Shown here: positions 12,225-23,778 of the stretch, in pieces | How the letters are laid out: each line of letters opens with the position of its first letter | Position numbering within the stretch: the first letter of the stretch is position 1 | Assembly (NCBI RefSeq): GCF_964213995.1 | Contig: NW_027590162.1 | Coordinates: 186,001 to 250,000, forward strand | From: Mustelus asterias | Taxonomy: Eukaryota | Length of the DNA stretch: 64,000 nucleotides | Direction: 5' to 3' | Position numbers and translations under genes: made by a program | Notes under the pieces: generated by a model | What the model saw: only the letters and a program-made list of their open reading frames with translations | The model's database searches: none | What the model was told of the DNA's origin: nothing

Positions 12225-14652
12225 AAGAAAATCACCGGCTCCAACGCACGCCTCCCTGATGAGCTCAATGCATTCTGTGCCCGCTCTGAGCAAGAGGTCA
12301 GCGAGAGCACGCCCTCCACCCTGGAAGCCTGAGATGAATCTGTATCTGAGGTCACCATTGCAAATGTCAGAGCAGCTTTCTCAGAGGTCAACCCAAGGAA
12401 AGTGACTGCCTCGGATGGGGTACCCGGACGAGCACTCAGATCCTGCATGGATCAGCTGGCAGGGGCATTCGCAGACATCTTCAACCTCTTTTTACAACAA
12501 TCTCAGGTCCCTATCTGCTTCAAGACGACGAGGATCATCCCAGTACCAAAGAAAAGCTCAGCAGCGTGCCTCAATGACCATTATCCAGTGGCTCAGACAT
12601 CCATCATTAGGAAGCGCATCGAAAGATTAGACATGGCACAAATCAATTCCAGCCTCCCAGACTATCTGGATCCACTACAGTTCGCCTACCAGCGCAACAG
12701 TACACAGCAGACGCCATCTCCCTGCCCCTGCACTCAGCCCTGGAACACCTAGATAACAAAGACACTTACAGCAGACTTCTATTTATTGACTACAGCTCAG
12801 CCTTCAACACCATTATTCCTACAAAACTCATCTCCAAGCCCCGTGGCCTGGACCTCGGCTCCTCTCTCTGCGACTGGATACTGAACTTCCTAACCCACAG
12901 ACCACAATCAGAAAGAATAAGCAACAACACCTCCTCCACGATCATCCCCAACACTGGTGCCCCACAAGGCTGCGTTCTCAGCCCCCTACTATACTCCTGA
13001 GACACCTGTGACTGTGTGGCCAAATTTCCCTCCAATTCGATTTTCAAGTTAGCTGACGACACCATCGCAGTGGGCCGGATCGCAAACAATGATGAGAGAG
13101 TTCAGGAACGAGATAGAGAATCTGGTGAACTGGTGCGGTGACAATAATCTGTCCCCCAATGTCAACAAAATGAAGGAGATTGTCATCTACTTCAGGAACC
13201 ATAAGAGAGAACATGCCCCTGTCTACATTAACGGGGACGAAGTGGAAATGGTCAAGAGCTTCATGTTTTTAGGTGTCCAGATCACCAACAACCTGTCCTG
13301 GTCCCCCCCATGCCGACACTATAGTTAAGAAAGCCCCACCAACGCCTCTACTTTCTCAGAAGACTAAAGAAATTTAGCACATCAGCTACGACTCTCACCA
13401 ACTGTTACAGATGCACCACAGAAAGCATTATTTCTGGTTGTATCGCAACTTGGTTTGGCTCCTGCTCTGCCCAAGACTGCAAGAAACTACAAAATGTCGT
13501 GAATGTAGCCCAATCCATCACGCAAACCAGCCTCCCATCCATTGACTCTGTATAGAACATAGAACAGTACAGCACAGAACAGGCCCTTCGGCCCACGATG
13601 TTGTGCTGAGCTTTATCTGAAACCAAGATCAAGCTATCCCACTCCCTATCATCCTGGTGTGCTCCATGTGCCTATCCAATAACCGCTTAAATGTTCCCAA
13701 AGTGTCTGACTCCACTATCACTGCAGGCAGTCCATTCCACACCCCAACCACTCTCTGCGTAAAGAACCTACCTCTGATATCCTTCCTGTATCTCCCACCA
13801 CGAACCCTATAGATATGCCCCTTTGTAATAGCTCCATCCACCCGAGGAAATAGTCTTTGAACGTTCACTCTATCTATCCCCTTCATCATTTTATAAACCT
13901 CTATTAAGTCTCCCCTCAGCCTCCTCCGCTCCAGAGAGAACAGCCCTAGCTCCCTCAACCTTTCCTCATAAGACCTACCCTCCAAACCAGGCAGAATCCT
14001 GGTAAATCTCCTCTGCACTCTTTCCAGCGCTTCCACATCCTTCTTATAGTGAGGTGACCAGAACTGCACACAATATTCCAAATGTGGTCTCACCAAGGTC
14101 CTGTACAGTTGCAGCATAACCCCACGGCTCTTAAACTCCAACCCCCTGTTAATAAAAGCTAACACACTATAGGCCTTCTTCACTGCTCTATCCACTTGAG
14201 TGGCAACCTTTAGAGATCTGGGATATGGACCCCAAGATCTCTCTGTTCCTCCACAGTCTTCAGAACCCTACCTTTGACCCTGTAATCCACATTTAAATTA
14301 GTCCTATCAAAATGAATCACCTCACATTTATACACTTCCTGCTGCCAGCCAGCAGATTTCAGGACCCCACTCACCCCGGACATTATCTCTTCCACCTTCT
14401 TCCATTGGGAAAAAGATAGAAAAGTCTGAGGTCACGGACCAACTGACTCAAGAACAGTTTCTTCCCTGCTGCTGCCAGACTTTTGAATGGACCTACCTTG
14501 CATTAAGTTGATCTTTCTCTACACCCTAGCTATGACTACATTCTGCACTCTCTCCTTTCCTTCTCTATGAAAGGTATGCTTTGTCTATATAGTGCGCAAG
14601 AAACAGTCATTTTCACTGTATACTCATACACGTGAAAATAATAAATCAAATC
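12225..14652 (+). mobile_element. Rex1/Babar-type LINE, RT and 3' end, split by a CR1 insertion
   Basis: DGVPGRALRSC...[30 protein letters not shown] motifs; sequence resumes after the CR1 at about 14330. Confidence 0.85.
13554..14330 (-). mobile_element. CR1 LINE 3' fragment nested in Rex1
   Basis: ORF 13629-14195: LYRTLVRPHLEYCVQFWSP...LERVQRRFTR...FFTQRVV; (ttctatg) tail. Confidence 0.92.
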
Positions 14653-14737
14653 ATATAAGGTAGGAGTAGATGAAGAAGGAATCTCAGTGGAATACAAGGA
14701 TAGGTTTGGAAAGCATGTGTGTAATCACACAAAGTGT

Positions 14738-15645
14738 CATCGAGTCAGAGGTTTACAGCATGGAAACAGGCCCTTTGGCCCAACTGGCCCATGCCACCCC
14801 GTTTTTTAACCCCTAATCTAGTCCCAATTGCCTGCATTTGGCCCATATCCCTCTATACCCATCTTACCCATGTAACTGTCTAAACACTTCTTAACAGACA
14901 AAATTGAACCCACCTCTACTACTACTTCTGGCAGCTTGTTCCAGACACTTACCACCCTCTGGGTGAAAAAATTGCCCCTCTGTACCCTTTTATATCTCTC
15001 CCCTCTCACCTTAAACCTCTGCCCTCTCGTTTTAGACTCCCCTACATTTGGGAAAAGATATCGACTATCTAGCTGCTCTTTGCCCCGCATTATTTTATAA
15101 CACTCTATAACATCACCCCTCCGCCTCGTACGCTTCAGAGAAAAAAGTCCCAGTCTATCCAGCCTCTCCTTATAACTCAAACCATCAAGTCCCGGTAGCA
15201 TCCTGTAAATCTTTTCTGCACTCTTTCTTATTTAATAATATCCTTTCTATAATGTGACCAGAACTGTACACAGTATTCCAAGTGTGGCCTGATCAATGTC
15301 TTGTACAACTTCAACAAGACGTCCCAACTCCTGTATTCAATATTCTGACCAATGAAACGAAGCATGCTGAATGTCTTCTTCACCATTCTGTCCACCTGTG
15401 TCTTCACTTTCAAGGAGCTATGAACCTGTACCCCGAGATCTCTTTGTTCTATAACTCTCCCCAACGACCTACTATTAACAGAGTAAATCCTGCCCTGGTT
15501 CGATCGACCAAAATGCATCACCTTGCATTTGTCTAAATTAAACTCCATCTGCCATTCGTCAGCCCACTGGCCCAATTGATCACAATCCTGTTGCAATCCT
15601 AGATAACCTTCTTCACTGTCCACTATGCCAGCAATCTTGGTAACA
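14738..15645 (-). mobile_element. CR1 LINE 3' fragment
   Basis: ORFs 15228-15623 and 14818-15201: WQMEFNLDKC...RPHLEYCVQFWS...FFTQRVV. Confidence 0.92.
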
Positions 15646-16234
15646 TAGTGGACAGTGTGGTGAATAAGGTTGGTGAGTTAGAAGCACAAATAGCCACACA
15701 GGAACACAAGAGAGTGTCAATGTTGAAAATGCGGTCTGGGAATGGAGAGAACCGGGCGATTACTATTCAATACAATGTGAACAGAATAGAGAGAAGGGTA
15801 AAAGGTAGGTGTGGTGAGAAGGAAATAGAGCAGCAAATCTATCGGCAGATCATTCATTGTAGATACAGAATTAATTCCATTCTCACACAGACTGACAGGA
15901 AGGTTGACCACATGATCCAAGTGTCTGGAGGTGGTCACTTGAGTAACAGTGATCATTATGTCACAAGCTTGATATTAGCAAGGAACAATCTAAAGGAGCA
16001 CTTCTGAATGGGAAGAGGACTAACCTCAATGGGAGGAGCTGGAATTGAGCCAGAGTAAACTGGAGCCAAAATCTGACAGGAAAAACTGTAACAGAACAAT
16101 GGGTGATCTTTCAGGAGATGTTTCAGGTACAGACTCGGTACATTCCAATCAGGGTGAAAGGGAGGGGAACCAAAGCCAGGGCTCCTTGGAGGATGAGGAA
16201 GATAGAAAGTATAATGAAACAATGAAGAGGCCAT

Positions 16235-17478
16235 TTGATTGAGTTTTTTGAAGGGGTAACCACGAAGGTAGATGAGGGCAGTGCAGTTGATGTTGTCTAC
16301 ATGGACTTTCGCAAGGCCTTTGACAAGGTACCGCATGGTAGGTTGTTGCATAAGGTTAAATCTCACAGGATCCAGGGTGAGGTATCTAATTGGATACAAA
16401 ATTGACTTCTTGACAGAAGCCAGACAGTGGTTGTAGAGAGTTGTTTTTCAAACTGGAGGCCTGTGACCAGGGATGTGCCTCAGGGATCTGTGCTGGGTCC
16501 ACTGTTATTTGTCATTTATATTAATGATTTGATGAGAATATATGAGGAATGGTTAGTAAGTTTGCAGATGACACTACGATTGGTGGCAGAGTGGACAGTG
16601 AAGAAAGTTATCTCCAGTTGCAAGGGGATCTTGATCAATTGGGCCAGTGGGCTGATGAATGGCAGATGGAGTTTAATTTACACAAATGTGAGGTGATGCA
16701 TTTTGGTAGATTGAACCAGGGCAGGACTGACTCAGTTAATAGTAGGGCATTGGGGAAAGTTACAGAACAAAGAGATTTAGGGGTACATGTTCATAGCTCC
16801 TTGAAAGTGGAGTCACAGGTGGACAGAGTGGTGAAGAAGGCATTCGGCATGCTTGGTTTCATTGGTCAGAACACTGAATACAGGACTTGGAATGTCTTGT
16901 TGAAGTTGTACAAAACATTGGTAAGGCCACACTTGGAATACTGTGTGCAATTCTGGTCACCCTATTATAGGAAGGATATTATTAAACTCGAAAGAGAGCA
17001 AAAAATATTTACTAGGATGCTACCAGGACTTGATGGATTGAGTTATAAGGAGAGGCTGGATAGACTGGGACTTTTTCCTCTGGAGCGTAGGAGGTGATCT
17101 TATAGAGGTCTATAAAATAATGAGGGGCCCGGATCAGCTAGATAGTCTATATCTTTTCCCAAAGGTAGGGGAGTCTAAAACTAGAGGGCATATATTTAAG
17201 GTGAGAGTGGAGAGATACAAAAGTGTCCAGAGGGGCAATTTTTTCACACAGAGGGTGGTGAGTGTCTGGAACAAGCTGCCAGAGGTAGTAGTAGAGGCGG
17301 GTACAATTTTGTCTTTTAAAAAGCATTTAGATAGTTACATGGGTACAATGGGTATAGAGGGATATGGGCCAAATGCGAGCAATTGGGATTACCTTGAGTT
17401 TTTTTTAAAAAATGGGCGGCATGGACAAGTTTGGCCGAAGGGCCTGTTTCCATGTTGTAAACCTCTATGACTCTATGC
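16235..17478 (+). mobile_element. CR1 LINE, RT and 3' end (preceded by deleted endonuclease remnants at 15645-16235)
   Basis: [40 protein letters not shown]; (ctatgact) tail. Confidence 0.92.
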
Positions 17479-17704
17479 ATGTCAGAAGAATTCTTCAAGT
17501 GAGAACCATTAGAGTGTGGAATTCACACTCTATCTGTCCATCTCTGTTACTGTATGAGAATGTGGAGTTAACTCATTCCCGCTATCTGTCAATCTGTACA
17601 TGAGAGCACGATTCACTCTGTCAGTCTCTGTTACTGTATTTCAGGGAAGAACTACAGTGAGTTTCTTCCTGTCAGTTTATTTGAGGATGGATTAATTCTC
17701 TGAT

Positions 17705-18626
17705 TGTTAATGCCCCATTCACATATAGTAATAGAGAATAACAGATAGAGAATTAATTCTATATTCACAGACGCTAACAAGGATGGACAGAAAGGTAATG
17801 GCTAAATTCAACACAGTCCCAGATGATCATAGGCTGCTCTCTCCTTTCATGAATATCCTCAGCTGGTACCGGAATATGAACCCACGCGGTTGGGGTTGCT
17901 CTGCATCACGGTCCCGCTGTCCAGCCAACTGAGCAAATCAACCCCCAGGGTAGGACAGAGAACAAAGAACAAAGAAAATTACAGCACAGAAACAGGCACT
18001 TCGGCCCTCCAAGTCTGCACCGACCATGCTGCCCGATTTAACTAAAACCCCCTACGCTTCTGGGTACCATATCCCTCTATTCCCATCTCATAAATTATTA
18101 ATATTATTATTAATAATTATTAATAATATGATTAATAATAAGCCTGTATTAGTGCAAGTGAGTGTGGCATTAAATTGATTCGCCAGTCTCTGTTCCTGTG
18201 TTTCAGTTTGCAATTACCTCTCATGGGGCATCTTGACAAGTACATGAATGAGATGGGAATAGAGGGATATGGTCCCCGGAAGCGTAGGGGGTTTTAGTTA
18301 AATTGGGCAGCATGGTCGGTGCAGGCTTGGAGGGCGAAGGGCCTGTTCCTGTGCTGTAATTTTCTTTGTTCTCTGTCCTACCCTGGGGGTTGATTTGCTC
18401 AGTTGGCTGGACAGCGGGACCGTGATGCAGAGCAACCCCAACAGCGTGGGTTCATATTCCTGTACCAGCTGAGGATATTCATGAAAGGAGAGAGCAGCCG
18501 ATGATCATCTGGGACTGTGCTGAATTTAGCCATTACCTTTCTGTCCATCTTTGTTAGCGTATGTGAATATAGAATTAATTCTCTATCTGTTATTCTCTAT
18601 TACTGTATGTGAATGGGGCATTAACA
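17705..18626. repeat. Inverted duplication, arms 17705-18091 and 18248-18626
   Basis: Arms are near-exact reverse complements; each contains a CR1 tail, a tRNA-derived SINE piece and satellite-like flank. Confidence 0.95.
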
Positions 18627-18829
18627 CTGTTCATCTCTGATTTGGACATGAAGCTGGAATTAACTCTTCTCCATTCTTTATCCTTTACTGCAGTGTGGCA
18701 TTAACACTCTGTCACACTATTACTGTGTGTAGATGTGGAATTGACTCAATCAATTGATAATAATGTCTGTGTCAGTGTCTGTTAGTGTATGGAAGTGGGT
18801 CACTGTCAGCTTAGCAAACTGTAGCGAGT

Positions 18830-19270
18830 GGAGGCTGATTCCTGAGATGAAGGAGTTCCCTTATGAGGAAAAGTTAAACAAGTCTGGCCAATTTTCAGTG
18901 GAGAAGAATGAGCAAGGATCGTACTAAAACATATAAGATTCTCAAGGGCTTGACAGTGTAGATGCTGACTGGGATGTTGCAATGTGTAGGGGGAAACTGG
19001 AACTAGAGGCACCGTTTAAAGATCAAGCATCTCCAATTTAAGATGGAGATTAGGAGGAATTACTTATTTTAAGGGAACCTTAATTTTTGTTATTGAATAG
19101 ATTCAATCTTGAGTTAGACAGATTTTTGAGCTACAAGAGAATCAAGGGTTATGGGGACAGGTACTGAAGTGGAGTTGAGGCCACAATCAGATCAGCCATG
19201 ATCTTACTGAATGGCAGAACAGGCCTGATGGGCTGAATGGCCTTCTCCTGCTCCTTTTTCTTATGTTCTG
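18830..19270 (+). mobile_element. Degenerate CR1 LINE 3' fragment
   Basis: CR1-type tail ending gggctgaatggccttctcctgctcct...cttatgttct. Confidence 0.65.
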
Positions 19271-19834
19271 GTAGTGTGTGTGTGGGACTAACTCCTTTTC
19301 TCAGTCTCTGTTACAGTTTTCAGTGTGGAATTAACTCAGTCTGATCCTGCATTTCAATGTGGAATTGATTCTCTGTCCAACACTTATTGTATGTGAGTGT
19401 GCAATGTTTCTTTAACTGTACAAGACACAGTTAATGATCTTTGATCAGAAGTGTTTTGACCCTACTGCTCTCAAATTTACTCAGAATTAAACCCATCACT
19501 TTCTCCTGCTTCTACAGACCAAAGTCACCCAAACAAAAACATACCTTCACAGAAACTGAGGGGCCGAATTCCAAAACCAACATCCAGCTTGATTCAAAAT
19601 CGCTCTTAATTTGTCTATTTCAGGCCTCAGTTTTCTGAGCAACAGCTGCAATAATTCACAGGTGAAATCATGTGGACGCTGGACATCTGAAACAAGGTGA
19701 AAATTCTGGAATACACAACAGGTCAGGCAGCATCTGTGAAGAGAGAAACAGAGTTCATGTTTCAGCTCACTGACAATCAGCCTACAATAAACTACTTGCT
19801 GATATCTGCTCGTGGCGGTCACAGTTCCCACATG

Positions 19835-20188
19835 AGGAGGTAATGGTGTAGTGGTATTGTCACTGGATGAGTGACCCAGAGGTCCAGTGCAATTCAATGG
19901 GAACTGATTATCACCTCAGCACAGTGTGCAATTTGAGCTCAATTAAAATCTGGAATTAAAGGTCTAATGATGGCCATGTTGTAAAAACCCATTTGGTTCA
20001 CTGATACCCCTTTAGGAAAGGAAATCCACCCACATGACCTGTTCTGGCCGACCTGTGACTCCAGACCCACAGTATGTTTTTGACTCTTTAATGCCCTCTG
20101 AAATGGCCTAACAAACCACTCAGTTCAAGGGAAATTAGTGCAATAAATGCTGGCCAAGCCAGTGATGAACACATCACATGAATGAAAA
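19835..20188 (+). mobile_element. tRNA-derived SINE, DeuSINE/SacSINE1-like, with L2-type tail
   Basis: A-box-like tggtgtagtgg; central gtaaaaacccatttggttcactga...ggaaggaaatc...tgactccagacccacag; tail ending catgaatgaa; related minus-strand relics near 27885-28165 and 42600-42785. Confidence 0.6.
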
Positions 20189-20319
20189 CAATTCTCTGCA
20201 CCCAGAAAGCGCTCTATCCAACACACTGACTTGCCCAGGCACTGAGAGTGGGCACGCTCCCCAGGGGCAGCCGCGGGGCAATCGGTGCTGGAACTTTCCC
20301 CACTGCCACTTGTCTCCCA

Positions 20320-20555
20320 TTCCACCAAGCTGCCTGTGTCCTTTTGAAGTTTCCCACTTTCCTCCTCACAGTTGCCAATGCCTCCAAGTTTGGTGGCGTG
20401 TGGAAATGTTGAGCTTGTGTCCTGTACACCAAGGTGTGTGTCATTAATATATATCAGGAAGAGCAGGGCTCCTAACACCGAGCCCTGGGGAACTCCACTG
20501 GAAACCTTCCTCCAGTCTGAGAAACAACCATTAACCACTGCTCTCGGTTTCCTCT
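20320..20555 (-). mobile_element. CR1 RT fragment
   Basis: [28 protein letters not shown] within ORF 20125-20802. Confidence 0.75.
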
Positions 20556-20574
20556 CACTCACACTGTTCCATAT

Positions 20575-20845
20575 GGGGCGGTGAGGATGGCCTCGCTGCA
20601 CCATCCGCTTCATGGTGCCGCTCCCCCGGGTCCCTCGCCGCACGTCCGCCGGACCCGGGCGCCTCTGCTCCGACCTCTGACTCGGAATTACTGCGTCCAC
20701 GCGCGACCCCGCTGAACTTCCGGGAACCGCACCGCGCATGCTCCGCGCAGACAGACGGTTTCCGTGGACGCGGCCGAACGGCAGCTGCGCCGTGCGGACC
20801 ATTCTGAATGAGATAGACCGTATTCACCCGCGCGCTGCATCCTGG
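20575..20845. promoter_or_regulatory. CpG island, promoter-like
   Basis: Dense undepleted CpG; ETS-like ACTTCCGG near 20716; NRF1-like GCGCATGC near 20734. Confidence 0.6.
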
Positions 20846-20854
20846 GTTAATTAT

Positions 20855-21032
20855 GATGTGGAATGCCGGCGTTGGACTGGGGTAAATACAGTAAGAGTTT
20901 TAACAACACCAGGTTAAAGTCCAACAGGTTTATTTGGTCACAAATGCCATTAGCTTTCGGAGCGCTGAAAGCTAATGGTATTTGCTGCCAAATAAACCTG
21001 TTGGACTCTAACCTGGTGTTATTAAAACTCTT
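20855..21032. mobile_element. Two Penelope 3' termini fused in inverted orientation
   Basis: 66-bp arms 20893-20958 and 20967-21032 match the Penelope terminus; flanked by duplicated CCTGGGTTA(A/G)TTA. Confidence 0.85.
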
Positions 21033-21047
21033 CCTGGGTTAGTTACA

Positions 21048-21420
21048 CTGATAGCCAAGTTCCGCACACATGAGAACGGCCTAAACCGGGATGTTGGATT
21101 TATGTCATATCATCAGTAACCCCCACAGCTTGCCCCTGGTCTTGCATAATCTCACCAGCTGTTCTGTCTGGAGACAATACACATCTCATTAACCTGTGTT
21201 TAATGTTCCCTCCAACCACATTATCTGTACCTTTTAAGACCTGGCTGGCTGTAGAGATTTGCATTCTAATTAGTATTCTGTAACTTGATTTCTGTGTCTG
21301 TGCACTGTTGGAGAACAGAGACCACTCCATCTGACGAAGGAGCAGCAAGCTCTGAAAGCTTATGGTATTTGCTACCAAATAAACCTGTTGGACTTTAACC
21401 TGGTGTTGTGAGACTTCTTA
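21048..21420 (+). mobile_element. 5'-truncated Penelope-like element, second subfamily
   Basis: Starts in LIAKFRTHENGLNRDVGFMS; ends ctggtgttgtgagacttctta; TTAGTTACAC duplicated at 21039 and 21422. Confidence 0.88.
21327..21365 (+). ncRNA. Minimal hammerhead ribozyme motif
   Basis: CCAT-CTGACGA-A-GGAGC-agcaa-GCTCT-GAAA-GC-TT-ATGG. Confidence 0.78.
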
Positions 21421-23149
21421 ATTAGTTACACAGGCCACCATTACATTGAATAAAACAGCACAAGGAATTAAATTTAAACCCATCAGCATTCCGAAAGAGA
21501 TTTCCTCGCCCTTTCGTGCAATACTTCCTCTTATCTAAAATACAGCCTCAAAATGTATTCCTATCCTTATTTGTCCAATGACATTTTGAATTTACTTTTC
21601 ATTCTAATTGGCTTCTATTACAGGCATCATATTCAAGATCACAGCAATTTGCTGCCCAATGTAACGACAAATGTGTTCCCTGACGGTTTTCTTTGTTCTT
21701 TTATATCATTCACAATGAACCCGTGCCAGTGGTTCACAGAAACATTTTCTTTCAATTTACTCCATTGAAACTGATCACGACTTTACTCACCTCTCTGAAA
21801 ACTCCTCTCAACCTTCGTACTGACTTCAAACGGTATGAATGCAGGAAGTATGAATTTAGTTTCGAAGTTCTGTAATTACATAACAAGTGAGCTGCTGCAG
21901 AGACAAACAGTTAATAGCAAATATTTCAGATCAACATCTGCCCATCAGAACTGTCTGAAGTTAGAAATGTAATACATTACAGGCAAATGGAGAGGAGAGG
22001 GGCTCATGTGAAAAAGAATGAAATGGAATATCTGTGACGTGCACAGATGCATTAAATAATAAGAATTAGTTACACAGTGAAAGGGATAATCACCAGATAC
22101 ATAAAGTAAGAAAAATCTGAATGGAGGAGAGGTGCTCTGAACACCAGGAAAGACCCAGGACAGAATGATCCATGTGAGAGTGAGATGCAGAATGAAAATG
22201 GCAGGTGACTAGAAACTTTTATCAGAAATTCATCATCATTGTGAACTGATTGGAAATGCTCCACGTGTGGGACATGGGAGCGACACACTTGAGAACCCTG
22301 CCAACCACAGAGCGGTGAGAGGATTGGTTGAGGAAAGGGAAGAACTATCAGAAGTTCCTGAATGGAAGGCCGCATTATCTTTCCTCACAGTTCAGTGTCT
22401 ATATGCAGGAGAATTAGCTTTTGCAACATTATATTTTTTCTAAAATTTCACTGCTAATGATGTGCTCTGCATTGGTAGATTGAATGACTGCTTTGTGGAA
22501 CATCTCCCATCAGTCCAGAAGCATGACTCAGATCCAATCCTGAACGAGAATCCCAAACCTAAATAAAGTAAACTAGGAAGTTATGAGAGGTGAGTTTGCT
22601 AAAATAGATTACGGATCAATAGATTCATAAAATGGCATAACGGTCGATAGGCAATGGCTAATATTTAATGTTTCATATTTAAGGCATAGTTGTATGTAAT
22701 GAAAGAGTTATACATTCCTTTCTGGCACGTAAACATAACTGGAAAGTGGCCCAATCATGTCTTACAAAATAATTAAATAGTATTGGATCCAAAGAAGAAT
22801 ATGAGATTATAAAAGTGTGGAGCATCAGTCGGCCATTTGTCACCTCGAGCCTGCACCGCCATTCAATAAGATCATGGCTGATCTTTTCATGAACACTTTA
22901 CACAAATGATCAGTGGGTCCATTCTCCTTTGTCTGTGCCTCCTGACAGTCCTGTTCTTAACACCCGTTAGAAAGAACGCATTTCTCCCGCAGGATAATGT
23001 TGTGTTTCTGCCCTCTCGTTAATCTCGGTTCGCTTCCATTCGATTCAAATCCACAGAAAGTAAAGAGAGAGAGAGTTATCCTCTCTGATACCTGTTTGAT
23101 TGTCAATTCACAGAAAATGAGCCAGATGTCGAAAAAAAGCCGTTAGCGC

Positions 23150-23221
23150 GAGCTTGTGGCACAACGGTAGCTCGGCTGACCCCAGATCCGATGGTTGCGT
23201 GTTCAAATCACATCAGGCTCA
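23150..23221 (+). pseudogene. tRNA-Trp(CCA) pseudogene
   Basis: Colinear with vertebrate tRNA-Trp (TGGCACAACGGTAGC...CCAGA...GGTTGCGTGTTCAAATCAC); D and anticodon stems mismatched. Confidence 0.85.
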
Positions 23222-23706
23222 CGGCGCTTTACTACAGTTGGTCTTTGGATTTTGTCTCTGGGAAATTGATTGTTTACAATTGTGTCCGAAATTATAAATT
23301 TCAAATTATGATAAAATGATTTTTTAGGTATACTTCCGGTTTCCACGCACAGATCATATTTTAGCATTTTGCAACCTTAAAGCAAGCCCATGGTCCGAGA
23401 TGATTCTCGGTGTCAACAAAGTGGACAGCGAAATGGTGATGATTTAACCTGAGGATTCACAGCTCAGGCGGGGAGCAAGGCTGAGAAGGCGGGGCCTGTA
23501 TCAATAATCTCAACCGATACGGGAATTGATCCAGAGCTGTTGGTTGAATCTGCTATCCAGCCAACTGAGCTGAACCTGTGACAAATGCGCTGTATCACCC
23601 ACGGTAAGACAAATCAAGATGACGAAGCAAATTTACTGTCAAGAAAACCCTGATATGCAATTGGACAGCAGCGGAATACGTCTTTTTGATACGAGTGAGA
23701 ATACAA

Positions 23707-23778
23707 TAGCAAAGGATGGTTTCGATCCAGCAACTTCTCAGTTATTAGCACAGCACGCTCCCGCTGTGCCACTCTGCT
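23707..23778 (-). pseudogene. Initiator tRNA-Met pseudogene
   Basis: AGCAGAGTGGCACAGCGGGAGCGTGCTG...TGGATCGAAACCATCCTTTGCTA; anticodon loop mutated. Confidence 0.88.

Noticed and set aside
20125-20802. 225-aa minus-strand ORF as a gene
   Set aside because: Chance read-through from the GC-rich island into a CR1 RT fragment.
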